Shown: positions 50,876 through 61,229 of the stretch, one piece after another
Layout: every line of letters starts with the position of its first letter
Position numbering within the stretch: the first letter of the stretch is position 1
IMG/VR virus record: IMGVR_UViG_3300005613_000001
Span: 434,001-498,000 of that record
Length of the DNA stretch: 64,000 bases
Strand: one strand, 5' to 3'
Translations under genes and position numbers: made by a program
Notes under the pieces: generated by a model
Told to the model about the DNA's origin: nothing
What the model saw: only the letters and a program-made list of their open reading frames with translations
Database searches by the model: none

Positions 50876-51907
50876 CTATAAAACTACCAATTGCTCGGTT
50901 AAAACGCCTCGTTTTTGTAATGTGCTCCCAAACACTAACAATAATGAAGGCTCATATGTACCAGGCTGTTGATATACGTGTTCGGTAGCATGTATGTTGG
51001 GATCAAGTTCCACTTCTTTTTCAGTATCACCAAAAGCCCAATATCTCTGCATAATGTCCCCATCGGTTTGATCTACAAAACTAAATGTTGTTGGGGAAAC
51101 GCCTAATTCCGCTGCCGTTTCTACAGAGTAAGCTTTGGAACCGCCATCTTTGGGAACAACATAAAAGAAAGGCTCTATCTGTTCTTCATCTACAATTATA
51201 TATGCCGCCTTGGTCGTTATTCCAGTTCCGCCCAGGTCCGTTACTACGTCTAACCTTACGGTATAATGACCTTCTGCTAAATAAGTATGACTTGGACTGC
51301 GCTCTGAAGATGTTGTGCCATCCCCAAAATCCCACAAAAATCGCAATGAATGACCTAATGTGAAATTGTGAAATGAAACTTTTAGAGGCGGGGGTCCAAC
51401 TACGGGGTGGGCTCTAAAAATAGCTCTAGGTGCTAACCATTTTTCTTCTAAAGCCTGAAGAATATAATTTAATGATCCTTCTGCTGGCTCATCTTCCACT
51501 CCTAAGTTTGTTTCAATGTTAACAAGTGCATCTCTTAATGCATTGTGATGCTCGGCCATTACCCCATGAATGACGGGACTTCCAATAGACCACCTATTTT
51601 GACGAGTTTTAGCAAAACCACGGTGTAAATCAGAAAAAACCCCATTAGTTCTAGAATCATACCAAATTAACTCATGACTCCCCGGAACGCCTGGTTCTGT
51701 TCCTATGCGTAATAATCCCTTTTGAGGGAAAGCTGAGGCATCATTAACAATTATTCGTGATCCTGTAAAGCTTAGAGTTTGTTTTAGGGTTGTTTGCGCA
51801 TTATTAGTAACAATATGCAAATCGTCCCGGTCGTCTACAACCTCGGGATAAACAGACAAATCTCCTATCGTATATCCGTCGTCAAGGGATGAAATCTTCT
51901 CTACCAT
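50876..51907 (-). CDS. PKD-domain virion protein (fibre family paralog 3)
   Basis: VMAEHHNALRDAL anchor; WDFGDGTTS...HTY...G.YTV.L and a second PKD (WAFGD...H.YQQPG.Y). Confidence 0.85.
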   Translation of the reverse strand: MVEKISSLDDGYTIGDLSVYPEVVDDRDDLHIVTNNAQTTLKQTLSFTGSRIIVNDASAFPQKGLLRIGTEPGVPGSHELIWYDSRTNGVFSDLHRGFAKTRQNRWSIGSPVIHGVMAEHHNALRDALVNIETNLGVEDEPAEGSLNYILQALEEKWLAPRAIFRAHPVVGPPPLKVSFHNFTLGHSLRFLWDFGDGTTSSERSPSHTYLAEGHYTVRLDVVTDLGGTGITTKAAYIIVDEEQIEPFFYVVPKDGGSKAYSVETAAELGVSPTTFSFVDQTDGDIMQRYWAFGDTEKEVELDPNIHATEHVYQQPGTYEPSLLLVFGSTLQKRGVLTEQLVVL

Positions 51908-51915
51908 TATAACTC

Positions 51916-52611
51916 CTATTTATCATGCTTTTCCAGGCTTTTTTTAAGTTTCTGATCTTGCTTCACATGCATGAGTTGAACCTTTTCTATTATATTTACC
52001 AATTCTTTTTTAATTGGCGCATCATCATTTAAAGATAAAATGGTTTTAGCTAATTCTACATCAATTGGATGATGCAATAGCAGCCTCAAATTCATATCTT
52101 GACGGAGGCGTTCATCCCAGTATTGCTTTTGAGATTCTAGGTCGTCAAAAGGCTTTAAAGGCTCTATTTTCTGCAATTCCTCTAAAGTCCGTAGGAACCA
52201 TTCGGACTCTTCTGTGGTTTCTTTCATTCTCACTTTCAACTCAGAAATAGAACTATTAACTGCATCCATGTGCCTGTTAAATTTTCTTAATTTAATAGCA
52301 GATTCATCAAGATGTAGCCTATTTTCATCATCTGAATAGGGCAAAGTCTCTTTTACCTTCTCCTCGGTCATTTTTTGCCTTCTTATCTCAATTTCCAACA
52401 ACTCCTTCTGATCTTGGCTTTCTGCGATCTCCCGACGTAGATTTTCAAGAGTATCCTTCCTGGTCCGTATTTCCCTAATGCATTGCCACATCTTACTTTG
52501 TAACGTAGGCTCTTTATTTACAATGAAATGTTGAAGCTGAAAGAAGCTCATCCGATTAACAATATCGTTTTCTAAGACCTTATTCATCTCGGTTACTATA
52601 TCTCTTGACAT
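51916..52611 (-). CDS. Coiled-coil hypothetical protein
   Basis: 231 aa, charged and helical. Confidence 0.65.
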   Translation of the reverse strand: MSRDIVTEMNKVLENDIVNRMSFFQLQHFIVNKEPTLQSKMWQCIREIRTRKDTLENLRREIAESQDQKELLEIEIRRQKMTEEKVKETLPYSDDENRLHLDESAIKLRKFNRHMDAVNSSISELKVRMKETTEESEWFLRTLEELQKIEPLKPFDDLESQKQYWDERLRQDMNLRLLLHHPIDVELAKTILSLNDDAPIKKELVNIIEKVQLMHVKQDQKLKKSLEKHDK

Positions 52612-52662
52612 TTTATTCTCCTTTGGTAATAATAGAGTTGGGCATATTCAGAAAGGAAGGGA

Positions 52663-53244
52663 ATGACAGGATTACTCAAGCGTTTTAATTGCCTTACTAG
52701 CAAACTCACCGAGTCCGTAGTGCCGCCGACAAGCGTTTTACAAGGCAAACGTGGATACCTTAGCGGACCCATTGAAAATGATGCTACAAACTTTAACTGG
52801 CGAGTAGAACCACTTAGAGTTTTGCGTGATGAATTCAAAATTAACATGTTTGATCCTCATGCTGATCCCAAACAACAATGGGTTCCAATTTTAAGAGAGG
52901 CAAGAGATAAAAGGGATTACGGAAAAATAGCCCATATCGCTAGAGATTTTGTTAGAAAAGACCTAGCAATGGTAGATCGTTCTGACCTCTTAATTGCCTA
53001 TCTACCTCGCAATGTTTATACAACTGGCACTCATCATGAAGTGATTAATAGCGATAGCGCTAAAAAACCTACACTTTTGATCTGTCCAGAAGGGAAGGAA
53101 CACATTCCAATTTGGTATCACGGGTTTATTCCTCACGAATTTATGTTTGGTAGTTGGGAAAGTCTGTATGAGTATTTAAGGGAAGTTAATGAGTGCAAAC
53201 ATACGGAAAATCGTAGGTGGCATTTCGTCTATGGGTTAATCTGA
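52663..53244 (+). CDS. Nucleoside 2-deoxyribosyltransferase-like protein
   Basis: YLSGPI...WR, FDP, DLAMVDRSDLLIAY and GTHHE. Confidence 0.75.
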   Translation: MTGLLKRFNCLTSKLTESVVPPTSVLQGKRGYLSGPIENDATNFNWRVEPLRVLRDEFKINMFDPHADPKQQWVPILREARDKRDYGKIAHIARDFVRKDLAMVDRSDLLIAYLPRNVYTTGTHHEVINSDSAKKPTLLICPEGKEHIPIWYHGFIPHEFMFGSWESLYEYLREVNECKHTENRRWHFVYGLI

Positions 53245-53610
53245 TTTTGCCCAACTGACAGTTACATATTCATATTCTTTTATACTTAAAGTTACGTCAG
53301 TAAAATGACAATAACCTATAACACCAGAAAATTCAGCCACTAGAAGCACGTCTTTATAATAATAATTTATAACTGCCTTCCCTGCTTTGCTATAATACAC
53401 AAACTCCAATTCAGATACCTCTGTGGCGTCAGTGCTTATTTTAAACGCCTCTCTAATTTCAACATTTTCAACTTTAAATGTGCGATTATTAAATGGACTA
53501 ATAGGTTGAATTTGAACGGGTTCAAAAACTATCTTTTTGTTTTTGAACCCAGTTGCCATCCAACAATCTTTAGGCTTATCTGCTATTCTTTCTAACCAAT
53601 AATTCTTCAT
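53236..53610 (-). CDS. Hypothetical protein (MKNYWLE leader)
   Basis: Start reassigned to 53610 by its ATGA overlap with the upstream gene. Confidence 0.6.
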   Translation of the reverse strand: MKNYWLERIADKPKDCWMATGFKNKKIVFEPVQIQPISPFNNRTFKVENVEIREAFKISTDATEVSELEFVYYSKAGKAVINYYYKDVLLVAEFSGVIGYCHFTDVTLSIKEYEYVTVSWAKSD

Positions 53611-53825
53611 ACCGGACCTTTCGGACCCTTTACCCCTTTTGGCCCTTTGGGGCAAGTGTGTCCTCTTAATTGCCAAGCATCTTTTACTTGAGTTGTATCT
53701 AATATTTTCTTAAGATGCTTAGCAAAAGATTCTAAATCTTTATGGTGTGACAAATCATGCATCTGTGCTGCTTTTTTCTTTAACAATTCTTTATCTTTAA
53801 TCTTTTCTAACCAATGATTTTTCAT
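53607..53825 (-). CDS. Small basic protein (MKNHWLE leader)
   Basis: 72 aa with a GPK repeat tail; ATGA-coupled. Confidence 0.55.
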   Translation of the reverse strand: MKNHWLEKIKDKELLKKKAAQMHDLSHHKDLESFAKHLKKILDTTQVKDAWQLRGHTCPKGPKGVKGPKGPV

Positions 53826-54349
53826 AGGATAGCTGCTCCCAAAATAGCCTTAAATTTAGTTTTACATGACGCGGTGGCAATTAAAGCCCATCTTTCTTTA
53901 CACTGTTCAATCTGGCCCTGTTCTTGAAATGGCCCTGCTTTTTTAAATGTTTTCTTATTTATACACAATCCATTCAATGTGGCCTGCTTAAAATTTGAAA
54001 TTCTATCTACAATGGGGAATAATACGTCCGCCTCGTTTGTTGCGAATCTTGAATACTTTACAGGCAAATTGCGGCGTATCCAAGTGCCTGCCATTGTAAA
54101 TATCCCCCAATTAGACGGCACATTTCGCATACCCGTGTTTAACAATGAGGTAATGGTGTCCTTAGCTCGGAAAACAGGGCATATTGCTTTCATTTCATTA
54201 ACAACATCTGCTTTGAAATTATTCGGGATCACAGCGATAAAATCATTGGGATAGCCTAATTTCAAAGATTTAACTGTACTTTGAAGTAAAATAGCATTTG
54301 GTTCAGTGCATAATATAATGAAGCTGAACTCTTCACTCTTAAATGGCAT
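53822..54349 (-). CDS. Degenerate GT-A (GT2-like) fold protein
   Basis: FSFIIL...LQSTVKSL...SLLNTGM...WGIFTMAG follows the GT2 layout but lacks DxD. Confidence 0.35.
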   Translation of the reverse strand: MPFKSEEFSFIILCTEPNAILLQSTVKSLKLGYPNDFIAVIPNNFKADVVNEMKAICPVFRAKDTITSLLNTGMRNVPSNWGIFTMAGTWIRRNLPVKYSRFATNEADVLFPIVDRISNFKQATLNGLCINKKTFKKAGPFQEQGQIEQCKERWALIATASCKTKFKAILGAAIL

Positions 54350-54364
54350 CTATTATCTCTTTAC

Positions 54365-55132
54365 TTATAACTGCACATCAAAATCAATTCTAATTACATC
54401 ACTGGCTGTGATTGCTGTATCTAATTTAAACGTCCCTGCGGCAGCGGTAGGGGTGAACTTATTTAAAGTCCAAGCATCGGTGGGTAATTCGCCTGGAACA
54501 TATATGGCTTCATCTTCGCCTAATCTGGTTCCATTAATGTAGACTCTAAGGCTTCCTGTCATATATGGAGTGCTAACAGAATTTACCTTATAATTCTTGT
54601 AGTTGGAAACATGAACAGGCTGTATGTCATAATAATGTCTATGAATTGCTGTTAATGGGAAATTTAAATCCAAGTACATCTTGCCTGTCTGGTATCGCCA
54701 AGCGGTGCTAACGGAATCTGCCATTACTACCGTACCATTCTCAAAAAGCACCGGCGTATTAGAAGCCCCTGCTGTCTCAAAGTTAAATTCAATTAAATTA
54801 GATTCATCTTCAATCAAAGTGAGCTTATCCCGCTCAGCACTCAGCATTCTGACATATGTGGAACTATCAGTGTGTTCTTCAATATCATGTAATGCCGCAT
54901 CCACAGCACTTGTCTTTAAAGCACCACTATCCTGTAGAGAGGCAGAAAGTCTAGCGTTCACGCTACTTGCTGAACCATGAGCACCATCTAGCTCATTGCG
55001 GTTTGTATCTACAGCGTTATTAATAATAGTTTGTCTGCCCAGGATGTTACGAAGGGGCATATTGTCAAATTCATGACGGTAGGGCATTAAGCCTGTGTAA
55101 TATACTTCTGGAATAGAATAAATATTTGGCAT
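54365..55132 (-). CDS. Probable virion structural protein
   Basis: S/T/A/N-rich with SLRVYINGTRL...IRIDF C-terminal beta domain, in the tail block. Confidence 0.6.
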   Translation of the reverse strand: MPNIYSIPEVYYTGLMPYRHEFDNMPLRNILGRQTIINNAVDTNRNELDGAHGSASSVNARLSASLQDSGALKTSAVDAALHDIEEHTDSSTYVRMLSAERDKLTLIEDESNLIEFNFETAGASNTPVLFENGTVVMADSVSTAWRYQTGKMYLDLNFPLTAIHRHYYDIQPVHVSNYKNYKVNSVSTPYMTGSLRVYINGTRLGEDEAIYVPGELPTDAWTLNKFTPTAAAGTFKLDTAITASDVIRIDFDVQL

Positions 55133-55196
55133 TATTTCCTCACAATTTCCCTTATGCGATCAAGATTATATAGCCCTACATTGCCAAAGATTTGCT

Positions 55197-55505
55197 TCAA
55201 TCAAAATCATCTTTATTGGGTGTCATAATTAAAAGTGACTCGGTGGCCTTCCAATTAAAGTAATAAGTCTTGCCTTCTATGGTCAGGGGCACTACTTCTC
55301 CCGCTGAAAGTGTAGTATGGGTACTTGCTAAATCTTCATCTATTACTACAATGTTAATTTTGGAATTTAATGTAGGGCCTACTAATTCAGATTTATTTTT
55401 GCCATCTTCTATAAATTCAACGACTACAAAAATGTAGCCTATCACACAAAGTAGCCCTACTACAACTAATGACCAAAAGATCATCCTATGCATTGATCGC
55501 CTCAT
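55197..55505 (-). CDS. Single-TM membrane protein
   Basis: N-terminal hydrophobic helix. Confidence 0.55.
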   Translation of the reverse strand: MRRSMHRMIFWSLVVVGLLCVIGYIFVVVEFIEDGKNKSELVGPTLNSKINIVVIDEDLASTHTTLSAGEVVPLTIEGKTYYFNWKATESLLIMTPNKDDFD

Positions 55506-55512
55506 TTATTTC

Positions 55513-55980
55513 TTAAACAAAATTCAATCGCCAATTCCAGGTAATTTGCATTTGGTTGGTTTTGGTAAGATCGGGGAAAGTAACCATACTGTATAGTTGG
55601 CCGTTTTGCATTCGGAGAGCCATTTCATTTAATATGGCTGAATTAGCTTCTGTAAAACTAATCACGGAGGTAAAAATCACTTGTGTTTCATCTCTGCTTG
55701 CAATTACAGATTTGGAGAGTTCCGTAACGCCAAACAAACCTGTACGGCTAGCTGCCACAAATTTTTGAACACCACCACTTGCACCATTTGTCCCAAAAAT
55801 CATTTGGGAAATATAGAAGTCATAAGTATCATCTACTTCATTTGCTAGTGATTTCGCCAAGGCAATACGACCGTTGCGAAGAATGGTATTTTTGAAGGTT
55901 TTAACTTCCTTTCGCCCATCACGATAATCAATAATTCGTTCTATTGTGCCCTCGGGCTGTATCTGTTCATTAACGTTCAT
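55513..55980 (-). CDS. Tail/baseplate-associated structural protein (tail-collar-like)
   Basis: FKNTILRNGRIALA...MIFGTNG...EAN...NEMAL...TF..LTK...ITWNW; start 55980 by ATGA coupling. Confidence 0.65.
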   Translation of the reverse strand: MNVNEQIQPEGTIERIIDYRDGRKEVKTFKNTILRNGRIALAKSLANEVDDTYDFYISQMIFGTNGASGGVQKFVAASRTGLFGVTELSKSVIASRDETQVIFTSVISFTEANSAILNEMALRMQNGQLYSMVTFPDLTKTNQMQITWNWRLNFV

Positions 55981-58900
55981 ATTTCTCCTTTTTCTTCTAA
56001 GCCGCTTGCCCACTCAATATTGAATGAAATATCCTCGGATTGCTGAATAGTCTCAACAATTTCATCTTTGTTTGCGGCATTTAACATTGCAGCCTTAAAT
56101 GCCATAGGGGCTGCTGTTTCCACAGTATTTACAATGATATCTTTACCCCTTCTATCTACGAAATCAAATGCATGTCCCGGTCCTGCCGGATCTCTTTGTG
56201 GTCGCACGGTCAAGTCCTCTTTCATTGCTTTATAAATAGTAAAATCTGTATTAGCCACCCCAGCGGTTCCCCAAACTTGAGCAGGACCGCCAAGAGTAAT
56301 TTCTGTTCCATTTATGTCATTAATAACAAAATAATCTGCATCAACATAAAGTAGAAAGTCTTCTTTAAAATGCCCATCGCTAAATGGCGGAGTCCATTCG
56401 GTTGAAGGGGCATCTGTTCCCGTGCCTTGTTCTAAGAACCCACCATCTTCCCAAGGGTATCCTGGCGCACTAGCTCCGTTCTGGATATTTAGATTAGTTT
56501 CATAATTTGTACTTGTAGTAAGTGTAGCACCGGAATATGCCACATACCCCACTTCATTATCTACCAATCTACGATATACGCTAATTGCGCCCGCACCAGC
56601 GACTCCGTTGTAATCCATATAAAGGGTCTTAGAGGCTCCCTCTTCAAATCCTATAACTTCATATTCAGAACCGCCCCAAACTACGTAATCCCCAATATTA
56701 ATTAAAATTCTAATATCAGACGTTGCGGCATCTGTGATTACAACCTTGCCCCTTGCTGTTACCGTTAATGCCCCAGTTGTGCTTGTCGTAATAGGAACAG
56801 AACCATCATCTAGAAGGGTATAGGTTATTCCTGTGCCCGCTACACCACCATCATCTATCAATAGTGTGCCATCTGGAAGGGTGGTAAGAATGGTATAAGT
56901 GGAAGCACCTATTTTAATCTCCCATGCTCCTCCGCTGTAGTCTGCATCATTATCTACATCCCACTGTGTCTTTACTCCCAATAATCCAAAATTAACAGAG
57001 GCGTCAGAGAAGTTATTGACATCATCGCGTGAAATGGTATTCACGGCGTTGGTATAAACAATATTGGATAGCCTGAATGTAAATTCGCCTGTGCGAAAAG
57101 GACTTTCAGAGATCGTATCAGGACTAGCTGGGTCAATCCATATTGTATTTTTAGTTGGTTCTCCTGAGACTGTGTAAGTTCCCGCCCTACCAATAGCCGG
57201 AGCTAAAATTTCAAGCACATTATCATTAGTTCCTGCCACATAGGCAGCAGGATCATTAATGTATGTGGAATTATTAAAATTAAGCTCTTGGAAATCTACA
57301 TTAGGCGCATAAAGAACAATGTGATCGTTACTTACAGTACCCTTCACACCTGTCACCACGGCCCGCAAATCAGCGGTCTCAGTTCTTTTGACCATTTCAG
57401 GTGGCATCTCCCACATATTGTGTTCCATTGATCTACTAAAGATGGTTTGAGCCGTACCACAATAAACATTTTCATCTACAGCTACCGTAACCAAAGCTTC
57501 AACTTCCTCCACACCGCAGTTTACAAACTCTTCAACTCCCCCGGAGAAATTCATAGTATGAAGAACGGCATGAAATGGCTTAAATTCATCTATAATTGAT
57601 AATGCTTCAATAATCCTATCATCTGACAAACTCTCAATTTCAATATCTACTGTAAATTTGCTACCCAAACATTTCGTACAGCAGTCTAAGAAGTCTTTGT
57701 CAATATCACAAGGGTCAGTTGAATCCCTTAAACTACCATTATACTCCTCCATATTGTAAATATTTTCTGAGAACGGGAACTCAGTTCTTATCTGACCAAA
57801 AACAACTGCCGGAGTGTAAGGTTGCCTGTCGGGTATGATAACGTCAAATAGAGGATCATCCTCCTCAATAACACGTACATTCCAGTTTTTCAACGGATAT
57901 GTTTGATCCCTGAAATCTCTTTGATCGTCTAACGGTAATGTTCTAATATAATCCTCAATAGATTGTTGAGTGGCATTAGGAACGTTGTTTACTTCATACG
58001 TTATCTTTAAAAGGTCATCTTCTGCTAAAACAATGGGGCTCATAGAAAGTTGATGACCTACCCATGTCATCGTGGTTACGCCATCCACTGTTACAAATGT
58101 AACGTAGTCTGATGTTAAATCAACAAAATCATCACTTCCCGCTGGGCGAATGGAAAGTTCAAAATTATTAGTATCAATAGGCAAAATTGGGTTTTTGTCT
58201 AATGTGAATTCTGTTTGTCCATTGCTTGATACCAATAACCCTTCTACCCAAGTATAAGGAGAAACAACCTGCCAAAGTCTTGTTAATTTAGTCAAAACAA
58301 TGTCTGCTTGTGCAAGTGCCTCTTCCAATGCTAAATATGTTCCTTTTCGCTTAAATAATGGAATGGACCTCTTGATCTGCCTCCTCCACAATGTAGGATC
58401 ACCACTTCTAAGCTGAAGATTGAACATGTTTGCCAGCAAGTTTAAAAATGATTCATTGGTTACATTGGCATCCATTAAATCAATTAGTTGATTGGCTAAA
58501 TCTTCTACAAAAGTGAATCCTTTTGCTATCGCCCCATTAAAATTGTCTATAACTTCAGGTGTCAAATCATGGTCACCCAAGTAACTCTTAAACATTTGAG
58601 GCGTATATCTATCCAACAGAGTGTCATACTTGAGAGGATCAGTAAAATGCGTGGGAACAGCGGTAGTAATTTGTGTTGCGCCAAAAAGATCAAATTGTCG
58701 GTAATTTGTTGAAGTATCCCCGGCTACATTCACAGTCCAAGTCCAACAAACAAAATATTGTCCCTCTCGCCTTCCATCGGGCTCCCAAGTCAGTTGGAAA
58801 GTACCTGTGCTTGTTCTTTCTAAAATGGCATTATCTGTGTCGGTAGACAGCCAGGCGGGAAACAACTCGGTGCCAAAGTTATCAGAAGGGGTTGCTTCAT

Positions 58901-59216
58901 TATAATAAAAAGTAGAGGCAACCACACTTTGTTCTGCATCTTGTCTTAACTTGGTTGCATTTTCAATATTATCAGCAGTTGGAGTCGTGCAAGCCAATTC
59001 TTCAGCAGCAATCGCAGCAGTTAGCTTGTCTTGATTGTAATTTTTAGATTCATGCTCTCTAAGGTTGCCACTAATAAAATCCCTTTCAATGAAGTAGATT
59101 GTCACATTGTCAACTTTATATGGATCAACCAAACACCCATCGGTATCTGTTGTTTCTAAATCAATAAGCACTGTGTCCGCCATTGTAGGCGATTCATCAA
59201 GTGTTTTTATTGCCAT
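55977..59216 (-). CDS. Large baseplate wedge protein with a P2 gpI-like tail domain
   Basis: LIDLMDANVTNESFLNLLANMFN...WRRQIKRSIPLFKRKGT..ALE pattern; follows the gp6-like gene. Confidence 0.8.
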   Translation of the reverse strand: MAIKTLDESPTMADTVLIDLETTDTDGCLVDPYKVDNVTIYFIERDFISGNLREHESKNYNQDKLTAAIAAEELACTTPTADNIENATKLRQDAEQSVVASTFYYNEATPSDNFGTELFPAWLSTDTDNAILERTSTGTFQLTWEPDGRREGQYFVCWTWTVNVAGDTSTNYRQFDLFGATQITTAVPTHFTDPLKYDTLLDRYTPQMFKSYLGDHDLTPEVIDNFNGAIAKGFTFVEDLANQLIDLMDANVTNESFLNLLANMFNLQLRSGDPTLWRRQIKRSIPLFKRKGTYLALEEALAQADIVLTKLTRLWQVVSPYTWVEGLLVSSNGQTEFTLDKNPILPIDTNNFELSIRPAGSDDFVDLTSDYVTFVTVDGVTTMTWVGHQLSMSPIVLAEDDLLKITYEVNNVPNATQQSIEDYIRTLPLDDQRDFRDQTYPLKNWNVRVIEEDDPLFDVIIPDRQPYTPAVVFGQIRTEFPFSENIYNMEEYNGSLRDSTDPCDIDKDFLDCCTKCLGSKFTVDIEIESLSDDRIIEALSIIDEFKPFHAVLHTMNFSGGVEEFVNCGVEEVEALVTVAVDENVYCGTAQTIFSRSMEHNMWEMPPEMVKRTETADLRAVVTGVKGTVSNDHIVLYAPNVDFQELNFNNSTYINDPAAYVAGTNDNVLEILAPAIGRAGTYTVSGEPTKNTIWIDPASPDTISESPFRTGEFTFRLSNIVYTNAVNTISRDDVNNFSDASVNFGLLGVKTQWDVDNDADYSGGAWEIKIGASTYTILTTLPDGTLLIDDGGVAGTGITYTLLDDGSVPITTSTTGALTVTARGKVVITDAATSDIRILINIGDYVVWGGSEYEVIGFEEGASKTLYMDYNGVAGAGAISVYRRLVDNEVGYVAYSGATLTTSTNYETNLNIQNGASAPGYPWEDGGFLEQGTGTDAPSTEWTPPFSDGHFKEDFLLYVDADYFVINDINGTEITLGGPAQVWGTAGVANTDFTIYKAMKEDLTVRPQRDPAGPGHAFDFVDRRGKDIIVNTVETAAPMAFKAAMLNAANKDEIVETIQQSEDISFNIEWASGLEEKGEI

Positions 59217-59227
59217 ATTTTTCTCCG

Positions 59228-60793
59228 TTACTCATAAATGAATGAAATAGTCACATCGTCATAACGGATTATTTCATTAAAATCGGCTGTGACGGTCAAT
59301 CCACTATTATCAGGGTCAGAAGTTGTAAGCGTAATGTCGCTATTAGTAACTTCTCTTACATCGGATAAGATTTTAATTATATCTGTATCTTTCAAATCTT
59401 GACCATATTCCCAATTGTTTAAAGCAAAAAATGAATCAATACGCCTTACAATCCTTGTTCTTATTTCTTCCTCATATTTTCTTCGTGCTCTAGCTACGGT
59501 GACATCTAAACTGACATCTACTTCAATGATTACACCATCTCGAATACATAATTCATCCGTAAACATTTTTTTCTCATCTAACTCATTCTGCAAATCAACT
59601 TTTAATTCATTTGAAGCTTCTTCTAATCCATCTGAACCATCTTTTGCTAATATGTATAGATCAATAATGTTTGCTGCACATCCATAGTTTCTCAATACCG
59701 CCGTTGATTTGCCAACTTGACCATGATAAACACTTGCAAATTGATCTGCCAATGTTTTATAATCGGTTCCGGTGACTGCTCTATCTTGTGTGCGGATATA
59801 CCGGGGTAGCTTCTGACGAATCTCTTCAATACCATCTCCGTTATATCCATATTCACCTTTGGTGTAGTTGGTAAATTCTACTGCCACCCCAAAAGGAAAC
59901 ACATCTATACCAATTGCGCCTTGTGCCGTAACGCCTCCCGTAACAATATTCCCTCTGGTTCCGCCACCAACACGATAAACCACTTTAATTTCTGCGCCTT
60001 CACTTGGAATCATACCCGCACGATTATTACCAAAAACAACATAAGCTGAATAATCGGGATTATATTCTAAACGAAATTCCCTTCTAGGTTGAGAATCTGT
60101 GAAATATTCAACTTGATCCCATTGAACGCCTTCCACATAAACACGGACGGATTGATAAATAATTGGCAAATTGGGAATTAAAACCGTCTGCCCAATACTG
60201 CCGTCTCCTTCAAAGAAGGCTTCTATTGTCACACCTTCTAAACCAACTATATTAGATATTGTAGTTTTTCCAGCGGGAACTACAATATCTTCATCTAAAA
60301 TAGGGTTATCATCAGAGTCAGCAGGGAAAAGCTCAATTGTAATAGCACCCTCATTAGTTCCACTTTCAATTGTATAAGGCGTAGGAATAGTCAGATGTTC
60401 TGTCAAAACCTTATTTGTTGTTGCTGTCCACATTGATTTTGATGCTATTGGAGGCAATGGATCAAAGCCAACCAACTTAGACAGCCTAAATGCATTGTCA
60501 ATTTCTGTTACTGTGTCAATGAAAATTTCATTGGCTATTTGATCGATTTTAAAACTTAAGGTATCTCCGATGAAAGCAAAATTCTCCATCAACATAATTG
60601 CCAAAGACGACTCTACAAAGTCATTAAAGTCATCGGAAAACTTTTCATTAATAAAATTGATTAATCTACTTTTAATTGACCAAAAATCTTGGTTCGTATA
60701 ATTAAAATTAGCTATATTTGTAGTCGAAATAGGCTCTGATATGTCATAGGGCCTTACTTCAAAAGGACAATTAACTGCCATCAAATCCTCCAA
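59228..60793 (-). CDS. Baseplate wedge subunit (T4 gp6 / baseplate J-like)
   Basis: NYTNQDFWSIK..L...DF..SS...ML....AFIGD.LSF..D..ANE.FIDT, GG..GN, and QDRAVT..DY. Confidence 0.9.
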   Translation of the reverse strand: MEDLMAVNCPFEVRPYDISEPISTTNIANFNYTNQDFWSIKSRLINFINEKFSDDFNDFVESSLAIMLMENFAFIGDTLSFKIDQIANEIFIDTVTEIDNAFRLSKLVGFDPLPPIASKSMWTATTNKVLTEHLTIPTPYTIESGTNEGAITIELFPADSDDNPILDEDIVVPAGKTTISNIVGLEGVTIEAFFEGDGSIGQTVLIPNLPIIYQSVRVYVEGVQWDQVEYFTDSQPRREFRLEYNPDYSAYVVFGNNRAGMIPSEGAEIKVVYRVGGGTRGNIVTGGVTAQGAIGIDVFPFGVAVEFTNYTKGEYGYNGDGIEEIRQKLPRYIRTQDRAVTGTDYKTLADQFASVYHGQVGKSTAVLRNYGCAANIIDLYILAKDGSDGLEEASNELKVDLQNELDEKKMFTDELCIRDGVIIEVDVSLDVTVARARRKYEEEIRTRIVRRIDSFFALNNWEYGQDLKDTDIIKILSDVREVTNSDITLTTSDPDNSGLTVTADFNEIIRYDDVTISFIYE

Positions 60794-61225
60794 TTACGCC
60801 AATGGTACTTCCAATACTAACTCTTGAACCGACTGTATATCTTCAGGATCATACAATGTAATCCGAATGCCTAAAATATGCTCCAAATCTTGCATCGCAT
60901 CTGATTCGTTTATACTGTCTTCCCAATCACTATGCGATCCTATCTTTATATCTATCTGATCCACTACAACTCTTGGCTCCCAAGCCTGAATTGAAGTTGA
61001 AATCATAGATTTTGCCTGTTCAATGATTTCCTGGTCATTTGGATTAAAAAACAATTTCTTAAGAGGCGTGCCAAATTCGGGCAACATTACTCGTTCCCCA
61101 ATATTCGTTAATAATAATATGAGTAAATCTGATTTAATTGTATTTAAACCAGTTTGAGTACGAAGATACCCTCTAGGGTGTGTGTTAATTGGATATGGTG
61201 CGCCTCTAAATTTTTCTTCTGCCAT
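60794..61225 (-). CDS. Baseplate wedge protein, gp25/GPW-like
   Basis: IKSDL..LLLTN.GERVM.PEFGT.L...F........I...I..WEPRV. Confidence 0.92.
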   Translation of the reverse strand: MAEEKFRGAPYPINTHPRGYLRTQTGLNTIKSDLLILLLTNIGERVMLPEFGTPLKKLFFNPNDQEIIEQAKSMISTSIQAWEPRVVVDQIDIKIGSHSDWEDSINESDAMQDLEHILGIRITLYDPEDIQSVQELVLEVPLA

Positions 61226-61229
61226 TGTT

